Of a stretch of DNA of 64,000 nucleotides, positions 1-12,072 are shown one piece after another (positions within the stretch are counted from its first letter, which is position 1; each line of letters opens with the position of its first letter). The position numbers were made by a program, and so were the translations under genes. Location: positions 1,075 to 65,074 of the forward strand of contig MCFE01000507.1 in assembly GCA_002104905.1 (NCBI GenBank), written 5' to 3'. The stretch is from Basidiobolus meristosporus CBS 931.73. Lineage: Eukaryota; Fungi; Basidiobolomycota. The notes beneath the pieces were generated by a model. The model was not told the origin of the DNA. It did no database searches and saw only the letters and a list, made by a program, of their open reading frames with translations.

Positions 1-210
1 CTCTTGCATACAGTATTTTGTCAACTGGAGCAACACAGCCTGTCAACTCTACCAATTACTCCTATTATTTTCACAACACTTTGCACACATATTCTTAGAA
101 CTTCCTCAATGTATTCCACATATTGTATTGCTATTATCTTACAGAAGCTCAGACATGACACAATCTACCTCTATTTGGGATTTTGGGGCTAGCTTTTTCT
201 TTGATCTTTA

Positions 211-407
211 ATAAGTAAATTTTGTAAATGCCCCTGAATATTCACCTTGCTTAGTCACTAAGATTGTAGTCTACAAATCTTTGCAAATTCCTGCCCAAAA
301 TCCCTGTTAGGATTCAATTGGAATAATATCTATCAAAACATCAGCAGCCTAGAATATGAGAAAAGTCAAAGTTGTTCAAAAAGCCCAAGCTTTGCACACA
401 TGTTTTT
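211..407 (+). repeat. Degenerate partial copia LTR
   Basis: Diverged match to the LTR at 7133-7481 (ttcacc..cttagtcact..tttgcacacatgtt); ends approximate. Confidence 0.55.
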
Positions 408-435
408 GTGACATTGATGAGCATATTTTACATGT

Positions 436-753
436 TTGTTTCACCAAGGCTTAAATAGCATATATGGAAGTCTCCTGGATGAAGAAGCAAGAAACTCCAG
501 TGCTAATAAGAAGGAAAAAGACAACACTTTAATAAGCAATGATAACCACCAAAGGAGGTATCCAAGACCCTACAAAGGCAACAGCAACCTGTTCTGTAAC
601 TACTGCAAAAGGAAAGGACAGCAACCTTCCATGCAGTTACCTCAAAAGGGAGGGACACATCCAATTGATACTTTCCAAAGAGAAATTCTCAGCAGAAATT
701 GCCAGAATATGCAAATGCTGCAACAATTGAGGACATATCTCTATGAAAAATAA
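436..753 (+). pseudogene. gag: Copia gag C-terminal fragment (zinc knuckle region)
   Basis: YGSLLDEE..LISNDNHQRRYPRPYKGNSNLFCNYCKRKG is nearly identical to the gag at 61285-62206. Confidence 0.75.
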
Positions 754-1914
754 TTTGGTCCTGTGGGTGGATCCAATCCAGATCAGCTGTCAAGATCCTG
801 GTATGACACCATTATAATGCTGGTAGCCTGGAATTATTGACCCTCTTCACAATGTCATGACAGGAATGTGGTGGTTTTTTGCTGATTCTAGTGCTATATT
901 AGTAAGTTTACTTGACAGTACTTGAGTGGCTCTTCAAAAGGAATTTGACAGCATTCTGACAGTCTTAATACAGTCTACACTTATTTGAGCAGACCCTACT
1001 AGCTACTCTAAGAATGCTTCTACTCATTGGGACTGATACAACTGCTTTTGTCTAAACAGAATATACTTGTACAATGGTGATTGGTGCTTTTCCTGCAGTG
1101 AGATTCTCCTCAATAAGGGCTTTGATTGTCCTTATTCTCCTGACAGTTATTTTCAACCTTGAGGTTGATTTGCAGGGCTAATTGATCTTCCCAGTGTCTT
1201 CAGATTTCATAAAAACCATCTAGTTGATCCTTGCACCTTTTCCTTCAGCTCCATAGACAGCAGACATCAAGACTTGTGCATTAAATATTCTGCTATAATA
1301 TATACCACAATATCTAACAAATCCTTTTGAAGTTTCAAAGCATTTTGGGGGTTTCTGGCTTGAGAGATTTGTACAAGAGGCTCCATGGAACATATCCTCA
1401 TTGCCAGAAAGTCAAAATATAATCTACATAAGTTCTTGCTCCATTGGGATGTACTCTAATTTGCGGTAGTAATTTTCCCCATTTTTTCTTCTTTTTCTTT
1501 TACTGCATATGAACCAAGAGCAATTCCTTCTGTGGGATGATTCTGGATTTCCTTACAGGTAGGACCATAGTGTGTCTGTGCACTAAATTCTCATGACTTT
1601 ATTGGTCCAGAATATTTGGTCATTTGAGAGCAACATAATCAAGATCAGTCCTGACTTAGATCAGTCATCACTTCTGATAGAATGTACCAAGTTTTTTCAC
1701 ATATACTGCTCTTAAAAGCAGTTTTATCAGTGCTTTGATATTAGACTCCAATATAACAGTATTCTGAGATGCAGAGCTTAGCAGTGAATTGATCAATCAT
1801 GAGTCCTCAAATCACTAATCAAAAATAATTTGGTCCTGCTGGTGGATGCAATCAAGATAAGCCATTAGGAGACTATTATAATACCAGCAGCTTGGAATTA
1901 ATGAACCTCTACAC

Positions 1915-2263
1915 TGTTGTAAGAGTCTTGGAGATATTGGAAGTGATTTGGGAGGACAAGTAGATTATGTGATTTCACTTAATGATTTATTGAATGTAAA
2001 AGTAGTATTTATACTTTTACATGGTCTTGGCATACCAAACACATATAAAAGGCTAAGGAATGTTCCAAAGACATATGTGCAAAGTTTGGGGCTGTTTATA
2101 CAACTTTCAGAATTTTCATATTCTTGGTACCTGGTATCTTGATGAGAATATTCTAAGTAAATCCCAACAAAGAATTTGGTCAGTATTCTCTATAATCTGA
2201 AGGTAATGATCCAAGTGACTAAGTTAGGTGACTATTTAGGGGGAATTACAAATTTTTACAACA
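1915..2263 (-). mobile_element. Copia solo LTR, 349 bp
   Basis: Reverse complement of the LTR at 7133; tgttgtaa..ttacaaca termini; perfect 5-bp TSD tacac at 1910-1914 and 2264-2268. Confidence 0.95.
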
Positions 2264-2519
2264 TACACAATCTTATGATGGGATCACAATGGTGTTTGGC
2301 TAATTTTACTGCCAAATAAAGTTAAGGAACATTATGGTGTTTTGGTAATGTTTTGCCAAGGGTGACATGGCATTGTTGTGGTCTTAGTGCACTCTACAAC
2401 TATTTGAGGGAATCTAACCAGCCAGTACATCCAATTGCCTTATATAGTCAAAAAACTTAATGGTGTTTTGTTGGCCTCATTGTAAGACTCTGATGGTATT
2501 ATTATGGCAGTATGGTGCC

Positions 2520-2800
2520 ATACAGGTAGGTCTGTATAATGCTACTGTACCAATTTACCAATTGGTATTTCCTTTTTCTACCTCCCCTTGTGCAATCCAT
2601 GTATTCCACTGTAGAATCTTCCCCCTTTATTTGCTTACCCACTACTACCTTGGGTATTCCACATATATTTCAAATAAAAAAAACTATGGCCTCCTGCTTA
2701 CTAACCTCTACAAAAATGCACACCTGCAGCAATTGACATACTTCTATCACCTCAACTTTACGGCTTTTTGGTGTGATACTTGCAAAGTTGCCATATACCT
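2520..2800 (-). mobile_element. Fragment of the CACTA-like element, 3' part of the transposase region
   Basis: Reverse complement aligns with ~60225-60500. Confidence 0.75.
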
Positions 2801-2805
2801 TGTCT

Positions 2806-3153
2806 TATTGTAAAGATTTGTAGTTCCACCTTAATATTGACCTAACTGAGTCACTAAGATCATTACCTTCAAATCATAGAGAATACTGACCAAATTCCTG
2901 CTCAGGATTTACTTGGAATATTCTCACTAAAATGCCAGGTACCAAGAACATCAAATTCTCAAAGTTGTACAAACAGCCCCACACTCTGCACACATGTTCT
3001 TGAGACCTTCCTTAACCTATTCTATGTGCTTGGTATGTCAAGATCATGTAAAAGTATAAATACTACTTTTACATTCAAAAAATCATTAAGTGAAAGCCAC
3101 ATAATCTACTTGTCCTCCCAATCACTTCCAATATCTTCAAGACTCCTACAACA
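2806..3153 (+). repeat. Copia 5' LTR
   Basis: tattgtaa..ctacaaca termini; TATA-like tataaata inside; followed directly by the PBS. Confidence 0.92.
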
Positions 3154-3165
3154 GGTTATGAGCCC
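3154..3165 (+). promoter_or_regulatory. Primer binding site, half-tRNA(iMet) type
   Basis: ggttatgagccc directly after the LTR, complementary to the anticodon arm GGGCUCAUAACC; repeated at 15312 and 61281. Confidence 0.85.
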
Positions 3166-4156
3166 CAAGCTGTCACTCTCCATAATATCTACTACTGCTA
3201 TTACTGGAATCTTTTCCTCTGCTGAAAAGTTGGATGGTTGTAACTACCAAGTATGGAAGGTGAAGATGAAGATGCTGCTACAAGAACAAGGCCTTTGGGA
3301 TATTGTCATGGGAGAAGAATGCCCTCCTAAAAACATGGGAGAGAAATCCTTAAAGTACCAGAAGAAAGAACAAAGTGCCTTCAACTGCATTTGCCTTAAT
3401 ATTAAAGACAAATTACTAATTCAATGCTCAAGAGCAAAAATGGCAATGAATGCCTGGAAAGCATTAGAAGACACATATCAGCCATGTTCAGCTGCTAAGA
3501 GAATGTATCTGAGTAGAAGATTCTTTACTACAAAGATGCAGCCAGGAGAAGAAATGAAAAATCTAATTAACAGAATCACCCTGCTGGTGGATGAGATGGA
3601 ATATGTGGGTGTACCCACTACTGATGAGGATGTAATAGTAACCATCCTGAGTAGCCTGACAGGTAGGTTTCAGGGCCTTGTATCAGCCCTAGCGTCCAGA
3701 ACTGAAGATTTGACCTTGAGTTACACATATGGAAGGCTCCTGGATGAAGTATTTAGAAAATCAAGCAACAATAAGAAGGAAGAAGAAAATGCTTTAATAA
3801 GTAATGATAACCAACAAACTAGGTACTCAAGACCCTTTAAAGGCAACAGCAAGCTGTTTTGCAACCACTGCAAAAGGAAAGGACACACATCAGACTGGTG
3901 CTTCAAAAAGAGAGATAGTCAGCAGAAAAAGCCTGAAAATGGAAATACTGCAATAGCTGAAGATAGACTATTTGTATCTGCACTAAACATGACCAGAAAA
4001 AATGATTCTTGGACATGGTACATTGACTCTGGAGCATTTCAACACTTTACACACCAAAAAGAACTTTTTACTCAACATCAAGAAATTCAATTCAGAAGGT
4101 TTTCATTGGTGACAATAGAACACGTGATGCAGTGGGAGAAGGAGCTATCCAAGTAA
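3158..4156 (+). pseudogene. gag: Copia gag and aspartic protease
   Basis: LDGCNYQVWKVKMKMLL (DUF4219-like), UBN2-like body, CNHCKRKGHTSDWC knuckle, WYIDSGA protease motif; frameshift after ~4100. Confidence 0.9.
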
Positions 4157-4162
4157 ACCTTA

Positions 4163-5330
4163 GTGAAGCATTGTGAAGGCTGCCATACACTGATCTTTAC
4201 AGAAGTACTCTATGTACCAGAAATAGCCAAAAACCTACTATCTGTAATCAAGGCCACTTCAGAAGGACTCAGTTTCAGCTTTGACAATTCTGGAAGCAGT
4301 ATCACTGATCAAAATGGTGCCCATATTGCTTTGGGCATCAGAGATCAAAATCTATACAAGTTGACTTATATTCCATCATATCTGGAAGCCAATATAAGTA
4401 ACCTAAGTGAAGAGACACCAATGCTTTGGCACCGGAAACCTGGGGACATCAATTCTGATTATTTGCGCAAATAATAAAGGATCAGCTAATTTCTGGAGTG
4501 AATATCAATCCTGCAGCTTACTTGGAGCACTTTGAAGCCTGTATATATGGGAAACAAGCCAGAGAACTGTTCAAGAGCTCTGGGCTGATCAAAACTAAAA
4601 ATATAGATCTAATTCACTCAGATCTGTGTGGACCTATGCAAAATGTATCCTAAAGTGGGATGAAGTATTAAATCACTCTTATTGATGATTATTCAAGATA
4701 CAAGTGGGTTTACTTCATGGAGAGAAAGGAAGAAGCTCTGTCCAAGCTCAGAGAGCTCAGAGTCATGCTGGAGAGAGAAACTGGGGAAAAAATTAAGAAA
4801 ATACACACTGATAATGGTGAAAAATATACCTCACAACTCTTCACACACTTTGGCAAGATTCCTGGGATCAAGCAAGAGACTACTGTACCATACTCCCCAC
4901 AGCAAAATGATGTAGCAGAACATGCAAATAGATCAATAATTGATAAGGTAAGATCAATGATCCATGATCAGAAATTATCCCATGATTTGTAGGTGGAATC
5001 AGTTGCCACGGTTGTATACCTAAAAAATAAGAGTTAAAACAGAATACTTTATGATTCTACTTCATTTGAAGCATGGTATGGATACAGACCAAGTGCAGAG
5101 CATCTAAGATTATATGGGTGCACAGCATATGCCAGGAAACTGCCTGAAAATCAGTCAAAATTTGAGCCAAAAAGTGTAAATGCACATTTTTGGGCTACCA
5201 CAATGAGAGTAAGGCATACAGACTCTGCAATACCAAAGCAACAAAGCTGATCAAGTCCAGGGATGTGTTGTTTGAAGAAAATTCAAAATTTGCACAAAAA
5301 ATGGTATCAGATGATGAAAAAATTTGATCT
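4163..5330 (+). pseudogene. pol: Copia pre-integrase and integrase, disrupted
   Basis: LWHR, DLIHSDLCGP, IDDYSR, HTDNGEKY and PYSPQQNDVAEHANR motifs across several frames, with stops. Confidence 0.9.
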
Positions 5331-5635
5331 CAAGCCCACCTATAGTCAAGATTGAATCAGTGCAAAGCAATGAAAGCATTTTCACTCCAGAGGACTCTAC
5401 AACCGTAGTTCAGCTTGAATCTGTGCCCAGGAATATTCCAGAAGTGATCATTCCAGTGTCAAATGCCAGGAGATTCAACCATACAAGAAATAGCCCAAAT
5501 TACTATATCAATAAGGGTACAGAGTTGGCCTTTGCCTATTCACTCCATATTGATCAACCCCAGACTCTAAAAGAGGCCCTAAATAGCCCTTGGACAAAGT
5601 TTTGGAGATCTGCAATGGCTGAGTAATATCAGGCC

Positions 5636-7121
5636 ATGATGGAAAATCAAACTTGGGACTTGGTCAAATTATCAATCAGCCAAAAATCAATTGGATGCAA
5701 ATGGCCTGTAATACAAAATATAAGGTTGATAACACAATTGAAAGATACAAAGCAAGACTTGTGGCCAAAGAATACTCTCACACAAAAGGACTTGACTATA
5801 CTGAGACCTTTGCACAGGTAGCCAAGTTTACTTCCATCAGTTTAATATTGGCTATTGCAGCCAAATATAAGCTCTTTATACATCAAATTGATGTAAAAGC
5901 TGCATTCATGAATGCAGCACTTGATGAGGACATGTATATGGACCAGCCTGATGGGTTTGTTGACCAAAATGTCCCTCAATTGGTCTGCAAGCTTAAAAAA
6001 CTTCTATATGGTCTCAATCAATCACCAAGTACCTGGACTGCAAGATAGATTCATATATGGAATCTTTGAGTTTCAAAATGGGTAATGCTGACTATAGTAT
6101 ATACTGGAAGCCCAATAGAGCAAGTCCAGCTTTGTTGGCTCTCTATGTGGATGATCTTATTATAGCCACCAATAACCTAGAAACAATGTATGAGACTAAA
6201 TCCAGTGTATCTAAGGAGTTCAAGATGTCCAATCTAGAAGAATGCAGTATTACTTAGGGATAAAGTTCTCCATAGACAGAAGTACTAAGACTATCACCCT
6301 GAGCCAATCCAAGTATATTCAAGATATACTAAAGAAGTACAAAATGGAAGACTGTAAACTGGCAGCTACCCCAATGGAGACAAACCTTAACTTTCAAAAC
6401 TCAACCAAATCAAGAGAGCTTGGTGCCATCTGAAAGCCCTGACTTTCCTTATCAATCTATGGTCGGCATTCTGATGTATATCATGCTTGGAACACGTCCA
6501 GATATCTCATGTTCAGTGGGAGTTGTCAGCCAACATAATCAGAACTATGGATCCAATCATATTGCAGCAGTTAAGCGGATTTTTAGATACCTAAAAGGAA
6601 CTGCTGATATTTGCTTAAGATACACTTATAAGGACTCAGAACAAGATCTTGTGGGATACTCTGATGCAGATTGGGGACAAAATTTAGAAGACAGAAGATC
6701 CACCACAGGATACACCTTTCTTTACTGTAAAGGAGCAATTTCATGGAATTCAAGAAAGCAACCAACCGTAGCACTTTCCACCACAGAGGCAGAGTATATG
6801 GCAGCCTGTGAAGCTACAAAAGAAGCAATGTGGTTAAGAAAGCTGTTTACAGATTTAGGCCTATGTCAAAAAATGCCTATTACTTTATTTCAAGATAATC
6901 AAGGATGTATACAATTAGGTAGAAATCCAACTTTTCATGCTAGAACCAAGCACATAGATATTAGACATCATTTCATATGTGAAGCTATAGAGAATAACTT
7001 AGTTAGCTTAGTTTACTGTCCTACAGATGAAATGATTGCAGACATATTTACCAAACCATTAGCTAGAGACAAGTTTGAATGTCTTAGGTCAAAATTAGGA
7101 CTAGTCAGTATGAACATTTAG
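5636..7121 (+). pseudogene. pol: Copia reverse transcriptase and RNase H, disrupted
   Basis: RYKARLVAK, QIDVKAAF, LYVDDL, YSDADW..RRSTTGY and KHIDIRHHF motifs; RNase H open at 6420-7121. Confidence 0.92.
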
Positions 7122-7123
7122 CT

Positions 7124-7132
7124 GAGTGGGAG
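7124..7132 (+). promoter_or_regulatory. Polypurine tract
   Basis: gagtgggag abuts the 3' LTR; same tract at ~11088 and, reversed, at ~50989 and 62539. Confidence 0.8.
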
Positions 7133-7481
7133 TGTTGTAAAAATTTGTAATTCCACCTAAATATTCACCTAACTTAGTCACTTAGATCATTACCCTCAAA
7201 TCCTAGAGAATACTGACCAAATTCCTTGTTGGGATTTACTTAGAATATTTTCACCAAAATATCAGGTACCCAGAATATGAAAATTCTCAAAGTTGTCCAA
7301 ACAGCCCCAAACTTTGTACACATGTTCTTGGGACCTTCCTTAACCTATTTTATGTGTTTGTAAAGCCAAGATCAGGTAAAAGTATAAATACTACTTTTAC
7401 ATTCAATAAATCATTAAGTGAAAACCGCATAATCTACTTGTTCTCCCAATCACTTCCAATATCTCCAAGACTCTTACAACA
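7133..7481 (+). repeat. Copia 3' LTR, 349 bp
   Basis: Perfect 8-bp terminal inverted repeat tgttgtaa / ttacaaca; tataaata and aataaa inside. Confidence 0.95.
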
Positions 7482-10400
7482 CTATCTTGGTAACAGGGTT
7501 GTAACATTTGTGTTTGTTTAGCAAACAGCTCATGTAACCAGTTGGGTGGAATTTGTCAGGTGGGTGGTATTGTCCCAGTACAACGCCTATACCGGTGAGA
7601 CTTCCATCTCAGTTAATAACATCCCAATTAGGAAAACATAACACTGTTGGTGATGTCAGGGAATGTTTCAGCTGATCAAATGCTCTCTTTTGAGGCTCTG
7701 ACCACACAAAACACTGGCCCTTTTGCATCAATTTGTACAGGGGGGCTGCTATTGTTGTAAAGTTTTTGACAAAGCAGCAATAGTAGCCGGCTTATCCAAG
7801 GAATCCCAACACCGCATTAATATCCTTTGGTGCAGGTGTATCTTGAATGGCTTTTAGGAGTGAAGTAGATGGGTATATCCCATCTGCCAAGATCTTGTGG
7901 CCCAGAAACAACAATTTTGCATACAGGAAATGGCACTTCTTGGGATGTAGTTTGAGTTGGTTCTTGAGGAGGGCTCTCAGGATACATTGCATGTTGTGCA
8001 TATGTGCTTCTACATTGGGGGAATATATTGTGATGTTGTCCAGATACACAAGAGCACATTCCCATTGTAAATTTCCTAGTACCTTATTGATCATCCTTTG
8101 GAATGTAGTAGGAGCATTGCACAAGCCAAAGGGTAGTTGGTTCCATTTGTATAATCAAAACAATGTTATAAAAGCTGTTTTGGGCTGATCTTCTGGGGCT
8201 ACTTCTACTTGCCAATACCCAGAGATTAAGTCAAGAGACCTAAAATATTTAGCTCTGATTAATCTGTCCAAGAGGTTATCAATTTGCAGTAGTGGTTACA
8301 TGTCCTTCTGAGTGATGGTGTTCAATTTTTGGTAGTTGATGCAAAATCATTGCTTTCTGTCTTACTTTGGGACTATCACTACAGGGCAGGCTCACAGAGA
8401 ATGGCACTATGTATTGCTGTTGTCCTTAAATAAAGTTTCAACTGTCTCTTTGATATAATCTGAGTCAATTTTTGAGTTCCTATAGGCTTTGTGCATGATG
8501 GGGTATTTGTTTGCAAGGTGGATATGGTGATATACTGCAGGTGTATGGCCAATTACTTGGATCTTAGAGAATACTTGGGCAAGCAGGTGTATTCCTTCTA
8601 GGAACTTGTCACTAATGTGGGTGGGTAGACCAGGGTCCACATCTAGTTTGGGGAGTTCCTTGTTTGTAGGCTTCCTTGGTTGTTTCTGTCAACTTCCTCT
8701 AGGTTTAACAGTGGCGCTCCTCTAAGCAATATTGCTGCAAGTTGCCTGTTGTTAGCCACTAAGCACTTTGGACTTTGTGTTTCAAATTCTGATGGTATCC
8801 ATACTTTAGGGATCAAGGCTCCTTCCAGTTGCTTTGATACCTTTGTTGCAGTTATCATTCTTCCACTTGTCAAATAAGCTATTGGTGTCTCTAATGAGAT
8901 CACCATCTCACTGGCTGGTGGTATTTATATCACCTTTTGTGAGATGATTTGAGACTGCAACAGTTTCACCACTGTGATTGTCACACACTTGCTACACACC
9001 CTGCTCTCATTGGTGATATGAATCAGTGGGACACTCTTGATATCCCACCTGAGTTCAGATGCACTGTAGAGTATGACCATCTAATGTTGCATAAACCAAC
9101 TCTAGCTAATGAGTAAGTTGTTGGCTGCAACAGGTAGGACCACAACATCTTGGTGTATAATCAAGTTGCCTAGCCAGATGGGGCAATTAGGCACCACTCC
9201 TACTGTTGTGTCCAGTTGGTCATTTGCTAGCTGCATTGAAGTGGCATTATTGGTGACTATATCTAACTTTAGACGTTTTGCTAATGACTCTACATGATCA
9301 ACATAGAAGATCCTGAGTCAATCAGGGCAAGAGTCCCCATATTCTCTATATGTACATTTGCATATGTACCCTTATTTGGTTTTTGTAGGACCATCTGGTT
9401 GACATGAAGGTTGGTTATCTCCTTCAATCCCTCTATCAGCTCCTTGACAAGAGCTGGGGCAAGTCCCAGTAAATTGGTTATTGGGAGGGTTGCCTTGGTT
9501 TGCTCTAGTTCCTTCATTATAGGGAATAGGCCATGGGAAAACACACTAGAGTTCTTCATTTGCTTCAACACTTCTTCCCAAGGCTCATTCTGTACTTCTT
9601 CACCTAATTCCATGCCCTTTCCTGTTCACAGAGCCTCTACTACTGGTTCCTTTGCCTCCTTGCTAAAAGCATTATGTTGATGCTTCTTTTCCGCACTTCA
9701 GCTGTTCTGACCAGGGGGCCTAGATTGACTGAGTCCCATTGGCCTCTTGGCAAGGGACTCTGTCTTTTGATGTCTTCTTCTCTTTTGTGTCCAGTACAGG
9801 TTTGTATCTGTACCATTTCTCACATTTGTGGGCCTGGTGGCCTACTTCTCCAAATGTATAACATGGATAATGTTGTTGCGGTTGTTCCATGTGTTGGGTT
9901 AGGGCTTGCACCTGGGCCTTTAGATCTACAACAGCTTCCCAGAGTTTGTCACCTTCTTTGGGGACTTCTTGGACATTGCTGATTGAGAGTTATTGGACCT
10001 TTTGCCGTAATTCCTCTGGCTCACTGTCTTTTGGGGAGGCAATTTTTCCTTTCCTACAGGGGGATCCCTGTCCTTTAATTGCTTGTATCACTATAGGGTA
10101 GCCCCCATAGCAAGATGACCCCTTGTATTTGTTTGACCAACTCTTGCAATGTTTTACATCCCTGTTGTTCTTTGAATGCCTTATGTCTTACTTTGTCATC
10201 CAAGCCCATGATGTAATAACTACAAGCTGTTGTTTGGCAATTTCCTCCTTTAGCAGATATCAAACTTGTTGGAGAAACAGTTCAGTGTGGTCTTCATAGC
10301 TCCCACTGCTTTTCTTTGGCAAGGACAGTAGAAGGGCTCTTTAGTGGTATCCTATGGCATACAGAAAGTATATTTTGTAGGCTTCTTCTAGTACATCCAC

Positions 10401-10720
10401 ATTGTCCTTAAATGTGTCTTCCAACCCATAATGCCATTGCCATGCTGACTCTTCCATATGTGTTGCAAACTCCCTTACTTTCTTATTGTTGTCCCACCCT
10501 GCATCAACCACAACTCTTTCAAACTTATTGAACCACTCAAGGGCTTTCTCTCTCTTTCCCTTGTATATTTTTAGTTTGATTGTAATAGTCATTACCTCCC
10601 TTGTGCTTATTTCTGCAGAGACAGCACCAAATATGTGGGTCATTACTGACTGTACTTGGTGAGTAGGACAGCTTGTAGGTCAAGTCAGTACCACTTGGTT
10701 CAGAATAGCTTCCCATAGAA
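7482..10720 (-). mobile_element. Ty3/gypsy family B, truncated and decayed (gag-PR-RT-start of RNase H)
   Basis: gag REKALEWFNKFERVVVDAGW, knuckle CYTFGEVGHQAHKC, protease ALIDSGS, RT NAPTTFQRMINKVL..VYLDN. Unlike family A in sequence; LTR not confidently located. Confidence 0.85.
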
Positions 10721-10984
10721 AGTAGCAAGGTAGTAAAGACTTGTGTTTATTCTGTCCAAGTCTTCTTCTCTCACTTGGTTCATTTGGATATATATATATA
10801 TCACTTGGAGGGGCTTAGATACTAGACAATGTGTTATAAAATAGGGGTGTCAACACCTTCCTGTCATGGTAAGTGTTCAAACTAGATAAGTATAGTAATA
10901 GGAGGGAGGATGCATGAGGGAATCATAGGGAGGATACTGGAGGACTTTGAGTAGGACTCTGGGGAGAACTCTTGGGCAAAGAGT

Positions 10985-11441
10985 AGGTACCACATTTAGT
11001 ACTCACAATATTTATCAAACCATTAGATAGTGACAAATCTGAATATCTTAGGTCAAAATTAGGACTTGTCAGTATGAACATTTAGTTGAGTGGGAATAAT
11101 GTAAAGATTTATAATTCCACCTGAATACACACCCAACTTAGTCACATAGATCCTTACCTTCAAATCCAAGAGAATGCTGGCCAAAGTCCCTGTTGGGATT
11201 TACTTGGAATACTTTCACCAAAATACTAGGTACCCAGAGCATGTAAATTCTCAAAGTTGTCCAAATAGCCTCAAGTCTTGCACACATGTTCTTGGGACTT
11301 TCCTTAACCCATTCTATGTGTTTGTTATACCAAGAAATGTCAAAGTATGATTGCTACATTTACATTCAATAAATCATTAAGTGAAAACCACACAATCTAC
11401 TTGTCCTCCCAATCACTTCCAATATATTTAAGACTCTTACA
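10985..11441 (+). mobile_element. Copia 3' end (RNase H tail, PPT, LTR ~11097-11441)
   Basis: ..LRSKLGLVSMNI* then gagtgggaa and a diverged LTR. Confidence 0.85.
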
Positions 11442-11442
11442 G

Positions 11443-11690
11443 AAAAACATAGGCAATAGCAAATTACTGCACACAAACATAAGAGGTGGTAGAGTGTCTG
11501 GGATCAGTAAGTGAGAAAATTGTCAGTGAACTAATCAAAAGTCACTTTTGTATTGAGGTGATAAATAAATTTGACCAAGTTTTTTGTGAAATCTGGGGTG
11601 CAACTATTTTTTCACAGTCTTTGCATGGTGTCCTGATGGGATCAATACCACTTAGATAGAGGACTTTAAATTTGAGATGGCTTTTGGCAC
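11443..11690 (+). mobile_element. Subterminal fragment of the CACTA-like element, inverted relative to the large copies
   Basis: Reverse complement aligns with ~55130-55375 and ~33320-33560. Confidence 0.75.
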
Positions 11691-11692
11691 AT

Positions 11693-12072
11693 GGCACTAT
11701 CTGGCACTTTAAGTGATTTGTATAAATTTTACTTTGGGGCTAATAATTAAATATAGTGCCAGATAGTACCAGTTGACCAAGATAGTGCCATGCATTTTTC
11801 TGATATGTTACAAGCTACAGGAGCTAGATTCAGAGTGCCATGGGTATAGAATACCAGATGCATATCTTCAATCCTTTTGTACTCTTACACATCCTGCACA
11901 ACATTGACATACTCCAACACAATGGGTGAAACACAGGGGCAGCTTTGCATGAAGATGCAGAGCTATGTTTCACACTCTGTGGCAAAGTATAGGCTCACTG
12001 GGCCTCTCTGGCACACTATAGCATCATTTGGCACTCATGGCTCAGTGTGGCACTATCCAACAGAACAAGTCT
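11693..12072 (-). mobile_element. H element left end, long-palindrome type (loop, one arm, TIR)
   Basis: Matches 46085-46472 and ends ggcactatccaacagaacaagtct, followed by aat. Confidence 0.85.

Larger units (their letters stand above)
2806..7481 (+). mobile_element. Ty1/copia LTR retrotransposon, full length, decayed
   Basis: 5' LTR 2806-3153, PBS, gag-PR-IN-RT-RNase H in copia order, PPT, 3' LTR 7133-7481. The flanking 5-mers (tgtct / ctatc) do not match. Confidence 0.95.

Noticed and set aside
1-200. Minus-strand peptide YVEYIEEVLRICVQSVVKIIGVIGRV, faintly like a CACTA transposase C-terminus
   Set aside because: Too short, with no clear nucleotide match in the window.
760-1800. LINE endonuclease-like (DYIL/DYVL), hAT-like and PAS-like (WIHPQD) motifs
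   Set aside because: The motifs fall in different frames and contradict each other; none is supportable.
3026-3157. Gag ORF apparently extending 44 codons into the LTR (also 61153, 62110, 28152)
   Set aside because: The upstream starts lie before the LTR TATA box (tataaata) and should not be transcribed; recurrence only reflects LTR copies.
10788-10801. (AT)n microsatellite
   Set aside because: Only about 7 units; ordinary.
10810-10985. Possible gypsy B 5' LTR and PBS
   Set aside because: No second LTR or clear TGG site to define the boundaries.
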